DNA of 64,000 nucleotides from the IMG/VR virus record IMGVR_UViG_3300020531_000001, positions 62,001-126,000 of that record. One strand, 5' to 3'. How positions within the stretch are numbered: position 1 is the stretch's first letter; each line of letters begins with the position of its first letter. This DNA is from an uncultured virus (IMG/VR IMGVR_UViG_3300020531_000001). Taxonomy: Duplodnaviria > Heunggongvirae > Uroviricota > Caudoviricetes. The translations under genes were made by a program, and so were the position numbers. Under the pieces are notes generated by a model. It did no database searches. It saw only the letters and a program-made list of their open reading frames with translations, and was not told where the DNA came from. This document shows positions 48,098-58,595 of this stretch, piece after piece.

Positions 48098-48694
48098 TGG
48101 GTATTAACTTATAAACATCAAATACCGTGTTGGATGTGTTTCCAGATGTTTCTTTAATCAAATCACACTCACCATATACTTGTACAAGATTTTTAATTCT
48201 TTCTTCAAGAATATGTGCGTTGATTTTTTTATCAGAATTTAATTTGCAATGATGAATTGACAAATAACAAGTATCATCATACTCCACCAATTCTGTCAAA
48301 GGATGCAAACATTCATAGTCTGATACAAAATCTTTGATGATGTTGTTGATTTCTTCTGGTGTGATTTTCATTATAGTGCTGTATATTCTTCAGTAAATTC
48401 AATTCTGACATTTTCCCTTGGAACGTCTTTGAAATAATTCAAAGCTCTAGCTTCAACAGAACGAAACCTATCAAAGATTAATTCACGAGTTGCAGGAACT
48501 TTAGGAAGAGTGAATCCTTTCTCAGACAATGCGCGATTAAGAGCGATTTTCATTGCTGTTTCTTTGTCATAATTGTCATGTGGACTGCACAAAGAATAAC
48601 CATAATAAACTTGATCGTTTTCTTTTACAGCTACCACAACACCACGTGGGTTGTACTTATCATCTCTGATATATTCTTTAATCATTGTTTGCAT
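48087..48694 (-). CDS. Two hypothetical proteins (48087-48371, 48371-48694)
   Basis: Translationally coupled; second has YGYSLC..D..DK...KIALNRA. Confidence 0.65.
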
Positions 48695-48780
48695 AAATTC
48701 AGTATATAATAGTTTTTTATTAGTTGAGTTAGGGAGTGAGAAGCAATAATCCGACTGTTCTCACTCCCTATCATCATCAT

Positions 48781-49779
48781 TCACAAAATAACAAGAGTCA
48801 CGCCATCGATTTCGTCCCAGTATTCATTGAGTTCTTGAAGAGCATCCAACACTTCTTGTTTTGATGGATATTCTGGAGAGAAACTATTTTGAATTTGTCT
48901 GACACTAACATCATCATATCCTTCATCGCGTTTGTTGTTGAGATATTTTTCAACTCTCTCCACAAAAGCTGTGCGTTCTTTTGCAAAGTTTGGCACGAGA
49001 TTATCATTACCTTCTCCATCAGTCACCGAAGATTCGATTTCATATTCATAATCAGAAACGACCTCGTATGCTGATACTCGACACTTTTGGCAATTGTAAT
49101 CAGTTGGAACGCTAACAACATCTTTAGGGTTGACTTTGACTACGACTACTCTCTGTCCGAAAGAACGAGCATAATCAAGAGAACCAACATGCAAACCGAA
49201 ACTACAATGATTGTTTCTATTGTCATCTACATTGCGGCGTTTGACTTCAATCTTGGAACCAACACCGTTGAAAATCTTACCGTCTGTTGTTGTAATACCT
49301 TGAACAACGACAGTTTTAGGATTACCATGAATGCTGTAATAATGTTCTGATACACCTTTGTATGCAAGAAAGCAACCATCATCTGTAATTGGAAGTTCTT
49401 TGTATTCAAGAAACTCCATAAGCTCATCAACAGAACTTGAGGCAGGATTATCTTCAAGATTATTCCAGAATTTAGTGAAATGTTCAAGAGGAAGATCATC
49501 ACGAACAATGCTTTCTACCTTTTGAGATAGTGCTGGAGGCAATGCTTCTCCGTTGTAATAAACTTGATCTTCAATGATTTCAAATCCTTCTACTTTATCA
49601 ATAGATTCAAGAGTGAAATCAATTGGATACAAAATTTCATTGATAGCATCTTCTTGCTCATCACTTGGAAGAGTGAAAGATTTAATGATTTTTGGATATT
49701 TACGATCTGTCTTTTCAACACGAACTGAACCATTGTTGATAAACAAAATAATTGCGGATTGGTTGATGATGTATGTCAT
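48781..49779 (-). CDS. rIIB: rIIB-like protein
   Basis: LPITDDGCFLAYKGV, VDDNRNNHCSFGLH, VKVNPKDVVSVPTDY..QKCRV..YEV. Confidence 0.92.
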   Translation of the reverse strand: MTYIINQSAIILFINNGSVRVEKTDRKYPKIIKSFTLPSDEQEDAINEILYPIDFTLESIDKVEGFEIIEDQVYYNGEALPPALSQKVESIVRDDLPLEHFTKFWNNLEDNPASSSVDELMEFLEYKELPITDDGCFLAYKGVSEHYYSIHGNPKTVVVQGITTTDGKIFNGVGSKIEVKRRNVDDNRNNHCSFGLHVGSLDYARSFGQRVVVVKVNPKDVVSVPTDYNCQKCRVSAYEVVSDYEYEIESSVTDGEGNDNLVPNFAKERTAFVERVEKYLNNKRDEGYDDVSVRQIQNSFSPEYPSKQEVLDALQELNEYWDEIDGVTLVIL

Positions 49780-49836
49780 AGTATTATTATAGTTTGTTTG
49801 TTTGTTTTGTCAATGAGATTGTATTTTAGTTTTTTA

Positions 49837-51717
49837 TTAATCTTTTATCAGAAGGAGTTTACGAAGATCGCGTCTATCCAATGGTGATCCATATCGAGAC
49901 ACACTGTTGTAAATACGACTTCTGGTAGAATTTTCTGCTCTAATGTTTGTCATGATCTTTTTGATCTTTTCAATTTTATCTGGATACCTTTTGAGATGTT
50001 TAAGAACAGTTGGGTTGATATTAATTGCATTGCATGTGCATGTCAAATCATATTCAATGCTTCTTTGTTTTTTCTGAAATTCTTCAAGATTTTTAAGTCT
50101 GGTGTGTGCGTTTTTGTATTCAGTGGAATCTGGATGCAACCAACCCAAATCATGAAGTTGATCTACCATTTTTTTACTTTTGCTTGATACACAGTAAGGA
50201 TCATTGTTTGTGTACTCATTATTATGATAAATTGTACGATGAAAAAGGTGATTAATACAATCAATTGTTTCGTGCCAATTTGAATCAGAGATTTCTCCAA
50301 ACTTATTGTCTACATATTCTTCAAACTCTTCACTGGTAAAAGAACCAAGTTTATTGTAACGACTGAATACGTTATATTTCATCAAAGTTTTATTTTTCTC
50401 AAGCTTTGGAAGCTTCATCTTTTTAACATCAATGATCTCAATGTCTGAAGTGTCAACATTACAAGAGTTTGAATCGAGCGGTGATTCATCTTGAATATAA
50501 ACAAAACCGTGGTAATTTGCAAAACCTGCAAGATGTTTTGCTAGACGCAACTTCCAATTTTTTAAATTTTTAATATTTGGAAGTTTATAAATTGGAAGCT
50601 TACCATTAGAGTATTCAAGATTATTTAAATATGCAACTTCATATGCTTTTATACTCATTAATGCCGCATGGGTTTCTGGAATATATTCAGACATGGCATA
50701 AGTAAACCAATCATCCTCGAAATACTTTGAAGTTTTGCTTTTGACATATTCACCCAGAGGTTTAGGAACAATTTTACTGATTTGTTCATTCTTAAAAGTT
50801 TCGATATGTGACACAATATCGTTGATAACTTTTTGATTGTTTGGTGTATCTTCTATGCTTTCTCTTGAAATTGGAATGCTGAGTTTTCCAATTGGAACAT
50901 CGACAACATATATGTTTTCATTATTAAAAGTGCAGAATCGAATGGGAATCTTTTTATATACCACACCTCCCATACGAATATAAATGTGATTATAATCATA
51001 ATCTTGATGAGATTTTTTATATTGATGCATTCCATATTCTCCCAGTTTGACAGAATGAATCGGTGAATCTGGAACTACAGTTTCAGAGTTATCAGAAAGA
51101 AACTCAATCTTTGTATCATGGTGTAGATTTTTAACAAATTTGGAAGTTGTATTCCTAAATGAATATGAATCACTGTCTGATACTTCAAAAGAAATTTCAA
51201 TTCCACTTTCGTTTGTAGGTTCTTCAGAGATCTTAAAAATCTCTCCGATTGGAACACCTTTGTCTCCTCCACCAAGAACGCATGCATACACACTACAAAC
51301 ACCGTTGTAATAAGAGTTGATGTAAAATGTATCGGTATATGAATGTGCCGCTTTTGAACCAATACCAAAACCACCTACATATTCATTGGAATGGTTTTTG
51401 GTGCTTTCGAAATACATTCCAAAAATGTTACGAACACCATGTTCATCCAAACCTTTAGCGTAATCTCTAACGCTCCAAGTTTTGGTATTTTTTACTGTTT
51501 TGATTGCAACAACAACTGGACGATCAATCTCGTACTTTTTGTGTTCATCAACAGCATTGCAAATATATTCGCGAACGCATGCAAGAATTTTATCATTGTA
51601 AATCTTGTCACGCAGGAAGTATGCGGCAATGTCCATGCCTTTGGCAGACATTCCCATGGTGCTTTTTTGAAGCGAGTCTGATGCGATTGTTGGTGATGTT
51701 GTAATTCCAATTTTCAT
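49837..51717 (-). CDS. rIIA: rIIA-like protein (N-terminal GHKL ATPase)
   Basis: IYNDKILACVREYICNAVD, VRDYAKGL, STK, GGFGIGSKA; adjacent to rIIB. Confidence 0.9.
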   Translation of the reverse strand: MKIGITTSPTIASDSLQKSTMGMSAKGMDIAAYFLRDKIYNDKILACVREYICNAVDEHKKYEIDRPVVVAIKTVKNTKTWSVRDYAKGLDEHGVRNIFGMYFESTKNHSNEYVGGFGIGSKAAHSYTDTFYINSYYNGVCSVYACVLGGGDKGVPIGEIFKISEEPTNESGIEISFEVSDSDSYSFRNTTSKFVKNLHHDTKIEFLSDNSETVVPDSPIHSVKLGEYGMHQYKKSHQDYDYNHIYIRMGGVVYKKIPIRFCTFNNENIYVVDVPIGKLSIPISRESIEDTPNNQKVINDIVSHIETFKNEQISKIVPKPLGEYVKSKTSKYFEDDWFTYAMSEYIPETHAALMSIKAYEVAYLNNLEYSNGKLPIYKLPNIKNLKNWKLRLAKHLAGFANYHGFVYIQDESPLDSNSCNVDTSDIEIIDVKKMKLPKLEKNKTLMKYNVFSRYNKLGSFTSEEFEEYVDNKFGEISDSNWHETIDCINHLFHRTIYHNNEYTNNDPYCVSSKSKKMVDQLHDLGWLHPDSTEYKNAHTRLKNLEEFQKKQRSIEYDLTCTCNAININPTVLKHLKRYPDKIEKIKKIMTNIRAENSTRSRIYNSVSRYGSPLDRRDLRKLLLIKD

Positions 51718-51759
51718 AGTTTGTGTTTGATGATGGCACTAGTTTAATCTAGTTTCTTA

Positions 51760-52686
51760 TTAATATGATTTGAAATTTTCAGATAATATTTTGACGATAG
51801 ATTTGTCTTTTGCTTTAAGTTCAACTTCCCAAATACAATCAAGGTTATTTGAAACCACGTTTGGAATGTGAGAAGCATAATCAGTGTGTGATTTGGTGTT
51901 GTTGATACCTTCACTCCAATGCATTACAGGAGTATATGATTTCCATGTGTTTTTAAAATCATTCATATAACAACGATTAGATGGGTTTATTGCATCATGG
52001 AGATTGTCAAACACGCAAGGCAACAAGCTACCAAACACATTGAAAACATTTTCTGAATTCCAATAACCATTGTCTTCATTCTCAACAACTAATCGTTTTT
52101 GAACACCAACGTCACAACGAGAAAGATTACTCATGAATCTCTGACAGTATTGTTCAATTGTTTCAACTTCTAAGTTTGGATTTTTACTCACATGCAAACA
52201 CATGGGAGTGTTGTGATCTTGAGAACACCCCATCAAATCAAGAACATAAGATTGGTGATTAAGTTCACAAATAGATTTATCAACAACAGCATCAGTATAT
52301 GATGATAGCACATTAAATTGATCTGGATGAGAAGATATAGTAATGCCGATTTTTCTAGCGTGATCACCAGCAAGCAATAGCATATTTTTAATTTGCTCAA
52401 AATCTGGTAGATCATTGTAATTTAAATCGAGAGTGCTGTCTGTAATTAAAGGAAATAGATTGGATGATACACGATAATGTGATATACCAACAGAAGCACA
52501 ATGAACAATAATTTGCGCTGTGATTTTAGAATTATGAAGGATGCGAGATGATAATTCTTTGATAGCAATGTGTCTTTGCATACTGACAAATTGCTTTCGT
52601 GTCATGGTCTTGAATGCGGTTTTTTTATTTTTATCTTTCAGCAATTCGCTGATGCATACAAGTCCAAGTTTTGGTGTTGCTGTCAT
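51760..52686 (-). CDS. uvsE: UV-damage endonuclease
   Basis: LGLVC, YRVSSNLFP, SHPDQFNVL, RLVVENED, FDNLH, MHWSE, EVELKAKD. Confidence 0.92.
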   Translation of the reverse strand: MTATPKLGLVCISELLKDKNKKTAFKTMTRKQFVSMQRHIAIKELSSRILHNSKITAQIIVHCASVGISHYRVSSNLFPLITDSTLDLNYNDLPDFEQIKNMLLLAGDHARKIGITISSHPDQFNVLSSYTDAVVDKSICELNHQSYVLDLMGCSQDHNTPMCLHVSKNPNLEVETIEQYCQRFMSNLSRCDVGVQKRLVVENEDNGYWNSENVFNVFGSLLPCVFDNLHDAINPSNRCYMNDFKNTWKSYTPVMHWSEGINNTKSHTDYASHIPNVVSNNLDCIWEVELKAKDKSIVKILSENFKSY

Positions 52687-52716
52687 GCAACTATGGTAAT
52701 TTAGTTTTTTATAAAT

Positions 52717-52753
52717 AAAAAAAGCGGGTGTCTAGTTAATAGACACCCGCTTA
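52717..52753 (-). terminator. Intrinsic terminator
   Basis: AAGCGGGTGTCTA-gttaa-TAGACACCCGCTT with U-tail on minus strand. Confidence 0.85.
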
Positions 52754-52763
52754 TTAATAACTA

Positions 52764-53256
52764 TCAGAGAGCAATCAGACGATTGTTTCTGAGTTCGCAA
52801 GCAAAGTCACGAGTATCAACATTGACCCAGCTGTGGGTGTGTTGATTCTTGCGTTCAAGAACCAATGTTTCTCCTCCAAGCATCATAAAAGATCCATCTG
52901 GATTTTGAATGAACTTAGCTGAAAAAATCTTAGGATTCTTTCGTTGGTTGCGATTACGGAGCCATTGCTTGTTTTTTCTTGTCATGTTTGTGTCGGTATT
53001 ACTCATATTATTATGTCGGTTGTTTGTTGTTTGTTGTTTATTCTGGATCTTGTCCATTTGGTCCATTTTCTAGGAAGTGTTCAACTTCAAGAACACACAC
53101 CAAAGAGTCTATCTGTTTTTTCAAATTTGTCAATAGCTTTTGTTTTTTTACAACTGATTCGTAGCAAGCTACTTCCATATTCATCACATCATTAAATTGC
53201 TGTTCTGTAATTTTTATTTGCTCGTCGATTTCTTCTTCGGTCATGTCGTACTTCAT
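52764..53256 (-). CDS. Two small hypothetical proteins (52764-53006 basic; 53038-53256 coiled coil)
   Basis: ORF track; promoter motif near 53264. Confidence 0.55.
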
Positions 53257-53291
53257 TGTATGTTAGTTTTTTATTAATTTATTTTAACAAC

Positions 53292-53525
53292 TTAATTATT
53301 ATTTTTTGCTTTTTTTATTATATCATCAATGCCTTGAATGATTTCGACAACATCAGAATTCTCAAATACCAAAAGTTTTGGAACTCCTTTGATTTGATGT
53401 TTTTTAAAGAACTCAAAGTCTTCTTCAAATTCTACAGTTTCCAATTCGATGTTATCTTTTTTTAATTTACTTTTCAACATGTGACATGGGCCACATGTTT
53501 TTGATGTTGCTAAAACAAGTTTCAT
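53292..53525 (-). CDS. Thioredoxin/glutaredoxin-like protein
   Basis: CGPC active site; IKGVPKL. Confidence 0.85.
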   Translation of the reverse strand: MKLVLATSKTCGPCHMLKSKLKKDNIELETVEFEEDFEFFKKHQIKGVPKLLVFENSDVVEIIQGIDDIIKKAKNNN

Positions 53526-53556
53526 TTAATCTATGATATTAAAAATAAATGATATG

Positions 53557-55534
53557 TCAATCTTTTTTCCAAGTATAAAAAATCTGCCAATCTTCACTCA
53601 CTGCAAAATGAACTTCATCATCCCAATCCCATTCATGATCATAAATTCCAGTGTCCTTATCGTATTCATCTTTCACACACTCTGGTAGATTTAAAAATGG
53701 GGTATCTTCATCGTAATAACAATATTTTGCGATATACTCGTTCAATTGTTGATAATCATCATAGTATTCTGTATCTTCTGGATCACCGATATGTCTTTCA
53801 AGAATAGATTCTACAGATTCTTGATATTCATCGAGTTGTAAAACAGCATAATAGTCTGAATAGCACCCGCCACCTTCATAACCATAAGCGGCAATAATGA
53901 CTTTATCGTCATCTAAAACTTTTTTTGCCATTGCGAGACGGAGAGTATTATCACCCTCGTCAAAATTGCGGGTTTTTTCTCTTACTGCTAAAAATTGTAT
54001 GTTCATATATTGATTGTATGTTAGTTTTTAATTAGTTAAATCTCAACACATCACGTTGCATCATTATAGCATTTGCCTCTAAACGATACCTTTCAGCAGT
54101 CTCTCTCGCTTCATCGCGTTCACGTAATGCTTCTACTCTTTCTACCTTGGCTTGTATCCATGCTTCTTGAGTAATTTTCAAATCGCTTAATGCTTCATCG
54201 CGTTGCTCCTGCATACGATGTTCACGTAGCACGGCAGTTTCATAATTGTCAACTGCTTCGTTGCGCTGACGCTCTGCGGCATGAAGCTCTGCAAGGCGGT
54301 CGGTTGCCGACATGTCGAAAACGTCTCGACTATCCCGCTTGAGAATTGCGGCGACAATTGAAGCGAGATTGTGACTTGTCTCGTTGCGTTGCTCTGTCAC
54401 GGCGGCGAGTTCGCGTTCGAGATTTTCTCGCTCAGTTGTTTCTTCGGCGAGTGCTTTCGCTAAGTCGCCAATCATCTCAGGTAGGTTCTCCGCTGTGTGC
54501 GTTGGAATGTAGCCGACTGGCATGGCTGACAAGCATTGCTTCAATAGGTTTTGCGCCTCAGCAAGGTTGCGTTCTAATTTGCAACCTTCTCGATAACATT
54601 GATCGAGTTGCCAATTCATCCTTGGGGTTGTGGATGTGGGTTGATTGAATGCTGAATCCATTCGTGGAGTATCACTCATCACTCTCTCCTTCCCATTTTC
54701 CAATAACTTTTAGATATACTACTGCGCATGCACGGATATATTTCTTAAACTGATTGTCAGTTAAATTATCTTCAGCTTCAACCAATACATTTGCAAGATT
54801 AAACAGCAGTCCATTCTGTGGGTGTTTTATCCATCTCCTACTAGAGTCCCAATCTTTAGCTTCCTCTGGATTACAATCCCAGCCGCAATGTTCAGCAATA
54901 ATTATTTTCAGTTGTTCGTCAGTCATAATTTATGGATAGTATGAACCGTGTTCTGATTTTGGCCAGACAACCTCTGGACCTTTTCTGTTAATTTTTAGAA
55001 CTTCTTCAATCTCTTGATAAACTTCGAGAGCCTCTTCAAAGGTATCCCAACTCAACCCCCTGCCATAAAACTCAGAATCGATATCATACGGTACAATATC
55101 GTGCCACCCGAATAACCATTTTCTTTGAATGTAATACTTCGCTTTAGCTAGGCGAGAGTTTCTATGACGAGATTCCTTTACGATTCTGAATTTTGGCATA
55201 TGTTTTGTTTATTGTATCAAGACTCTTTTTTCTTACGAGCGGGTTTTTTCTTTGCTGGTTCTGTGGATGTTTTAGATTTACGAGCGGCTTTTTTCTTTGC
55301 TGGTTCTTCGGGCGTTTTAGCTTTACGAGTACGCTTAGGCTTACTTGTTTTATTTTCCATCTTCTCTTCTTTATAAGTCACATCATAGTCGATGATGCTA
55401 TCGGCTTCACATCCCTCCGAGTAATCTTTAGGATTGTAAAAATAACAAACAAACGCTCTTATTGCAACAAACAGTATTGAAAAAATAACTGATGTCCATA
55501 TGCCGATTTCGATTATATTAGTTAATGTATTCAT
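53557..55534 (-). CDS. Hypothetical genes (53557-54006 acidic; 54032-54679 coiled coil with RDEA repeats; 54672-54926; 54930-55199; 55217-55534 TM plus Lys-rich tail)
   Basis: Tightly packed co-oriented ORFs. Confidence 0.6.
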
Positions 55535-55545
55535 ATTTTTTGTAA

Positions 55546-56121
55546 TTAGATTTCGTCTTTTAGTCTACCACTTTGTTTCATCCAAATCATAAGATCAATT
55601 TGCGCCACACTCATATGTGGGAAATTATGTTTTGCAAGAAACAAAAATTGTTTTTCTAGTTGTTGATAAAGTTTTTGATTTTGAGGTGTACTTTCTGGAG
55701 CGTCATCGACACCGTTATCACGCATCCAAGCAAGAATATGAGTATCAAGTACGGCACACTCACAATTCTGTCTAGTATGCAACAAAAAGAAACGAGCAGT
55801 TTTCGGTCCAACACCACGAATTTGTAAAAGATCTTCCAAAGAGCAATTGCGCAAATCAAGATTAAGAGAATCCAAAATAGCTTTGGTGAGTCTGTTATAC
55901 TGACCGATACGAGAAGCAACAAGAGCATTGTGAATGCCGACTTCACCAAGGTTTTGTAGGTATTCAAATGGAAGGACATCTTTGTTTAAAAGTCGAGCGA
56001 GACATTTACTAGCGTAGTCGCTATTCTTTCCAGCAACAAACATGCTGAAAAGCCAAAACGATTGCAGTTCATAATCGTTACGATTGAAGTTGGTGATTTG
56101 AGTTGGGGTTATTGCTTGCAT
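55546..56121 (-). CDS. HhH-GPD DNA glycosylase/AP lyase
   Basis: LLQIRGVGPKTARFFL (HhH with catalytic Lys), AVLDTHI, DLMIW. Confidence 0.85.
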   Translation of the reverse strand: MQAITPTQITNFNRNDYELQSFWLFSMFVAGKNSDYASKCLARLLNKDVLPFEYLQNLGEVGIHNALVASRIGQYNRLTKAILDSLNLDLRNCSLEDLLQIRGVGPKTARFFLLHTRQNCECAVLDTHILAWMRDNGVDDAPESTPQNQKLYQQLEKQFLFLAKHNFPHMSVAQIDLMIWMKQSGRLKDEI

Positions 56122-56213
56122 GCCCTTATACTAAATTAGTTTTTTATTAATTCTTTTTTAGAGTTTTTATAAACAAATATACCACAATGCAAAACAAAAC
56201 CAATTTTATTATC

Positions 56214-56519
56214 TTATTGTTCTTCTGGTTGTTCTGCAGAAGATCCTTCAGAGTTTGGTTGCTCTGTAGTAAATTCTTCAACGTTTCCTTGAATTCCAAA
56301 AGATACTGTAATGTTTCCTTGTTCATCTTGATTTACTATTTTTTGATGTTGCAAACTTAACAAATCTTTTGAAAATGTTTTATCAATTTGCCATAATTGT
56401 TTGGCTGCCCAATTTAAATGTGGCGATGCCATCAACACGACTACAGAACCAAGTTCTGATGTTGTTAAGTTTTCTTCGACTATTGATACTGGGATTTCAA
56501 TTACTTTTTCTTTTTTCAT
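56214..56519 (-). CDS. Hypothetical protein
   Basis: Coupled to the upstream ATPase gene. Confidence 0.55.
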   Translation of the reverse strand: MKKEKVIEIPVSIVEENLTTSELGSVVVLMASPHLNWAAKQLWQIDKTFSKDLLSLQHQKIVNQDEQGNITVSFGIQGNVEEFTTEQPNSEGSSAEQPEEQ

Positions 56520-57475
56520 TATTTCGATTCTAATTGTTTGACTAATTCTTTTAGAAAAGTTTCATCTTTTATTGAATTCACTTTCCATACTGATTCTGAT
56601 CCTCTGCCATATTTGCATAATTTATTTTCTGCAACCAACTCTCTCAATATATTATTAGCAGTTTGTGTGCTAATGTCAAGTTCTTCAGATACACGCGCAA
56701 CAGTAATCAAAGGTGGTTCTACCATATTAATGATATGATTCTTCCTTGTTTGTGATATTGAAACTTTTGAGGTTTTTACTTTTTCCTCTGGTTCATACGC
56801 TCCCAAAAATGTATATCCAGATGATTCCATGATTGCTTTGTATTGTGCTGTTGGTCCGAATCTATTCTTGTAAACATTGATTATTCTATAATCTTTACCA
56901 AGTTCTTCGTCTTTGTCAATTTTCAAATTAACATCAACAGCATATGGTAAAGTAGTTCCGCCTTTCAGTTCTCCGCTTGTTGTCATTTGAACAATGAAAA
57001 GCAAAGCGCAATCGTATACTTTAGCTTTTTTAATCAATGTATTGACAAAATATTGAACCTTTTGTCTTGAATTCAAATCATTATCGGTTGTTAAACATTG
57101 AAAGCTATCAATCACCAAGAAATCCATATTCTTCATATGCTGTACGATTTCATCTACATTTGTGATTGTGGCAATTTTTAAATTTTTAACATTCAAACGC
57201 TTCGCATTGTATGCGATTTGTCTAATATCTTCTTCTCCAGATGTATAACCAACCTTGTATCCCTTGGTTGTTAACTTTTCTGAAAGAATTAAAGAAAATA
57301 CACTTTTACCAGTTCCTGGTTTTGCTATTAAAGTCATCGTAGATCCTGGCAATATACCATCTCCGAATATAGAATCTAATTCATCATCGCCTGTTTTAAT
57401 TCTATTAAAGTAACTACTTGGAATGGATACATCTCCAATACGAGTAAATTCAACATGTTCGTGATTTAATAACAT
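56519..57475 (-). CDS. RadA/Sms-like RecA-fold ATPase with C-terminal winged HTH
   Basis: IKTGDDELDSIFG.GI.PG, PGTGKS, SGEE, VIDSFQ, KNRFG. Confidence 0.85.
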   Translation of the reverse strand: MLLNHEHVEFTRIGDVSIPSSYFNRIKTGDDELDSIFGDGILPGSTMTLIAKPGTGKSVFSLILSEKLTTKGYKVGYTSGEEDIRQIAYNAKRLNVKNLKIATITNVDEIVQHMKNMDFLVIDSFQCLTTDNDLNSRQKVQYFVNTLIKKAKVYDCALLFIVQMTTSGELKGGTTLPYAVDVNLKIDKDEELGKDYRIINVYKNRFGPTAQYKAIMESSGYTFLGAYEPEEKVKTSKVSISQTRKNHIINMVEPPLITVARVSEELDISTQTANNILRELVAENKLCKYGRGSESVWKVNSIKDETFLKELVKQLESK

Positions 57476-57511
57476 GACGTTAGATTACTCTAGTTTTTTA
57501 TTAATGAATCT

Positions 57512-57706
57512 TTATTCGAAATTCTTAATGAACCAATCAGAAATTTCCCAATGGAAGTCTTTTTCATTTTTGATAGATCCAGCCCTTACATAAATGTAAC
57601 TTTCGGGATGTTCCCCATCGTAATCGCTCCAAACTTCAATAACATCATCATCATTCATGATGAAATAATAATTGTTGATTTCCGCTTCGTATTTACCTTT
57701 GCTCAT
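57512..57706 (-). CDS. Small acidic hypothetical protein
   Basis: ORF track. Confidence 0.55.
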   Translation of the reverse strand: MSKGKYEAEINNYYFIMNDDDVIEVWSDYDGEHPESYIYVRAGSIKNEKDFHWEISDWFIKNFE

Positions 57707-58587
57707 AGTCTTGTTATTACTTGTTTAACTGCATTTTTAAATTTATATGTTGCTACATTATTAGGCACATTTTTCCAATTTGTGATTATCTCTGCAAAAA
57801 ATTCATCGGGATTACTTACAGAATAAGCAGATGGCCATTTCATAAGTTTGGCTATCTTTTCTCTTTGTAATTTGTAATCTTCTTTTTTAGAATCTTGCAA
57901 TCTATATGTTTTTTTCTTTTTAATTCTTCTATGGTATTCGTCTAACATATCCACATACGCTTTTAATAATATTGGATATGATTGTTTTGGAATTAAATCA
58001 GCAATAAAGTGAGCATATTCATGCAACAAAAAATCTGGTCTATTGGTATAGTGTTGATCTAAATAAATCACTCCTCTGGAATAATAAGCAGGTACAATGT
58101 CTTTCGGATCATATGATATATTTTCGTTTTTTATATCTGTAATTACGATCTTTGGTCTTTTTAATGGTAAAATACCATAAACTTTTTTTAAAAATTCAGG
58201 AACTGTAACTTTTAATTGATCTATTACTCTTATTCTACTTGGAGTATTAAGAAATTTTTCATCTTTTTTGATATTGATTTCAATACCTTGATGACTTAAT
58301 TCATCAACGCCACGTATGACAAATTTAATATAGTTTCTTTTTGATACCGTTGGTTTTAATATACGCTCTCTTAATTTTTCTTCGGTTTGTTTTAAAAATC
58401 TATCAGCAGATTCTGGATTTCTTAATTTTAATAATTTATAAGTATCTTGAACTTTTTGCTGTTTTAATTTTTTAGAAAGTTCTCTCTTAAACACAGATTG
58501 TTTTGAAAGAGTTTTAAGCTCTTTCAATTCCTGCTTTCTAAGAGGGTTTTTTTCTCTTTTTTCAAAGAAAATATCGAAACTGTCCAC
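57703..58587 (-). CDS. Late zincin metallopeptidase (MPTase/lethal-factor-like motif set)
   Basis: HEYAH...PSAYS..NPDEFFAE; TAAATA 5 nt before GTG. Confidence 0.7.
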   Translation of the reverse strand: MDSFDIFFEKREKNPLRKQELKELKTLSKQSVFKRELSKKLKQQKVQDTYKLLKLRNPESADRFLKQTEEKLRERILKPTVSKRNYIKFVIRGVDELSHQGIEINIKKDEKFLNTPSRIRVIDQLKVTVPEFLKKVYGILPLKRPKIVITDIKNENISYDPKDIVPAYYSRGVIYLDQHYTNRPDFLLHEYAHFIADLIPKQSYPILLKAYVDMLDEYHRRIKKKKTYRLQDSKKEDYKLQREKIAKLMKWPSAYSVSNPDEFFAEIITNWKNVPNNVATYKFKNAVKQVITRL

Positions 58588-58595
58588 TGTAATAT

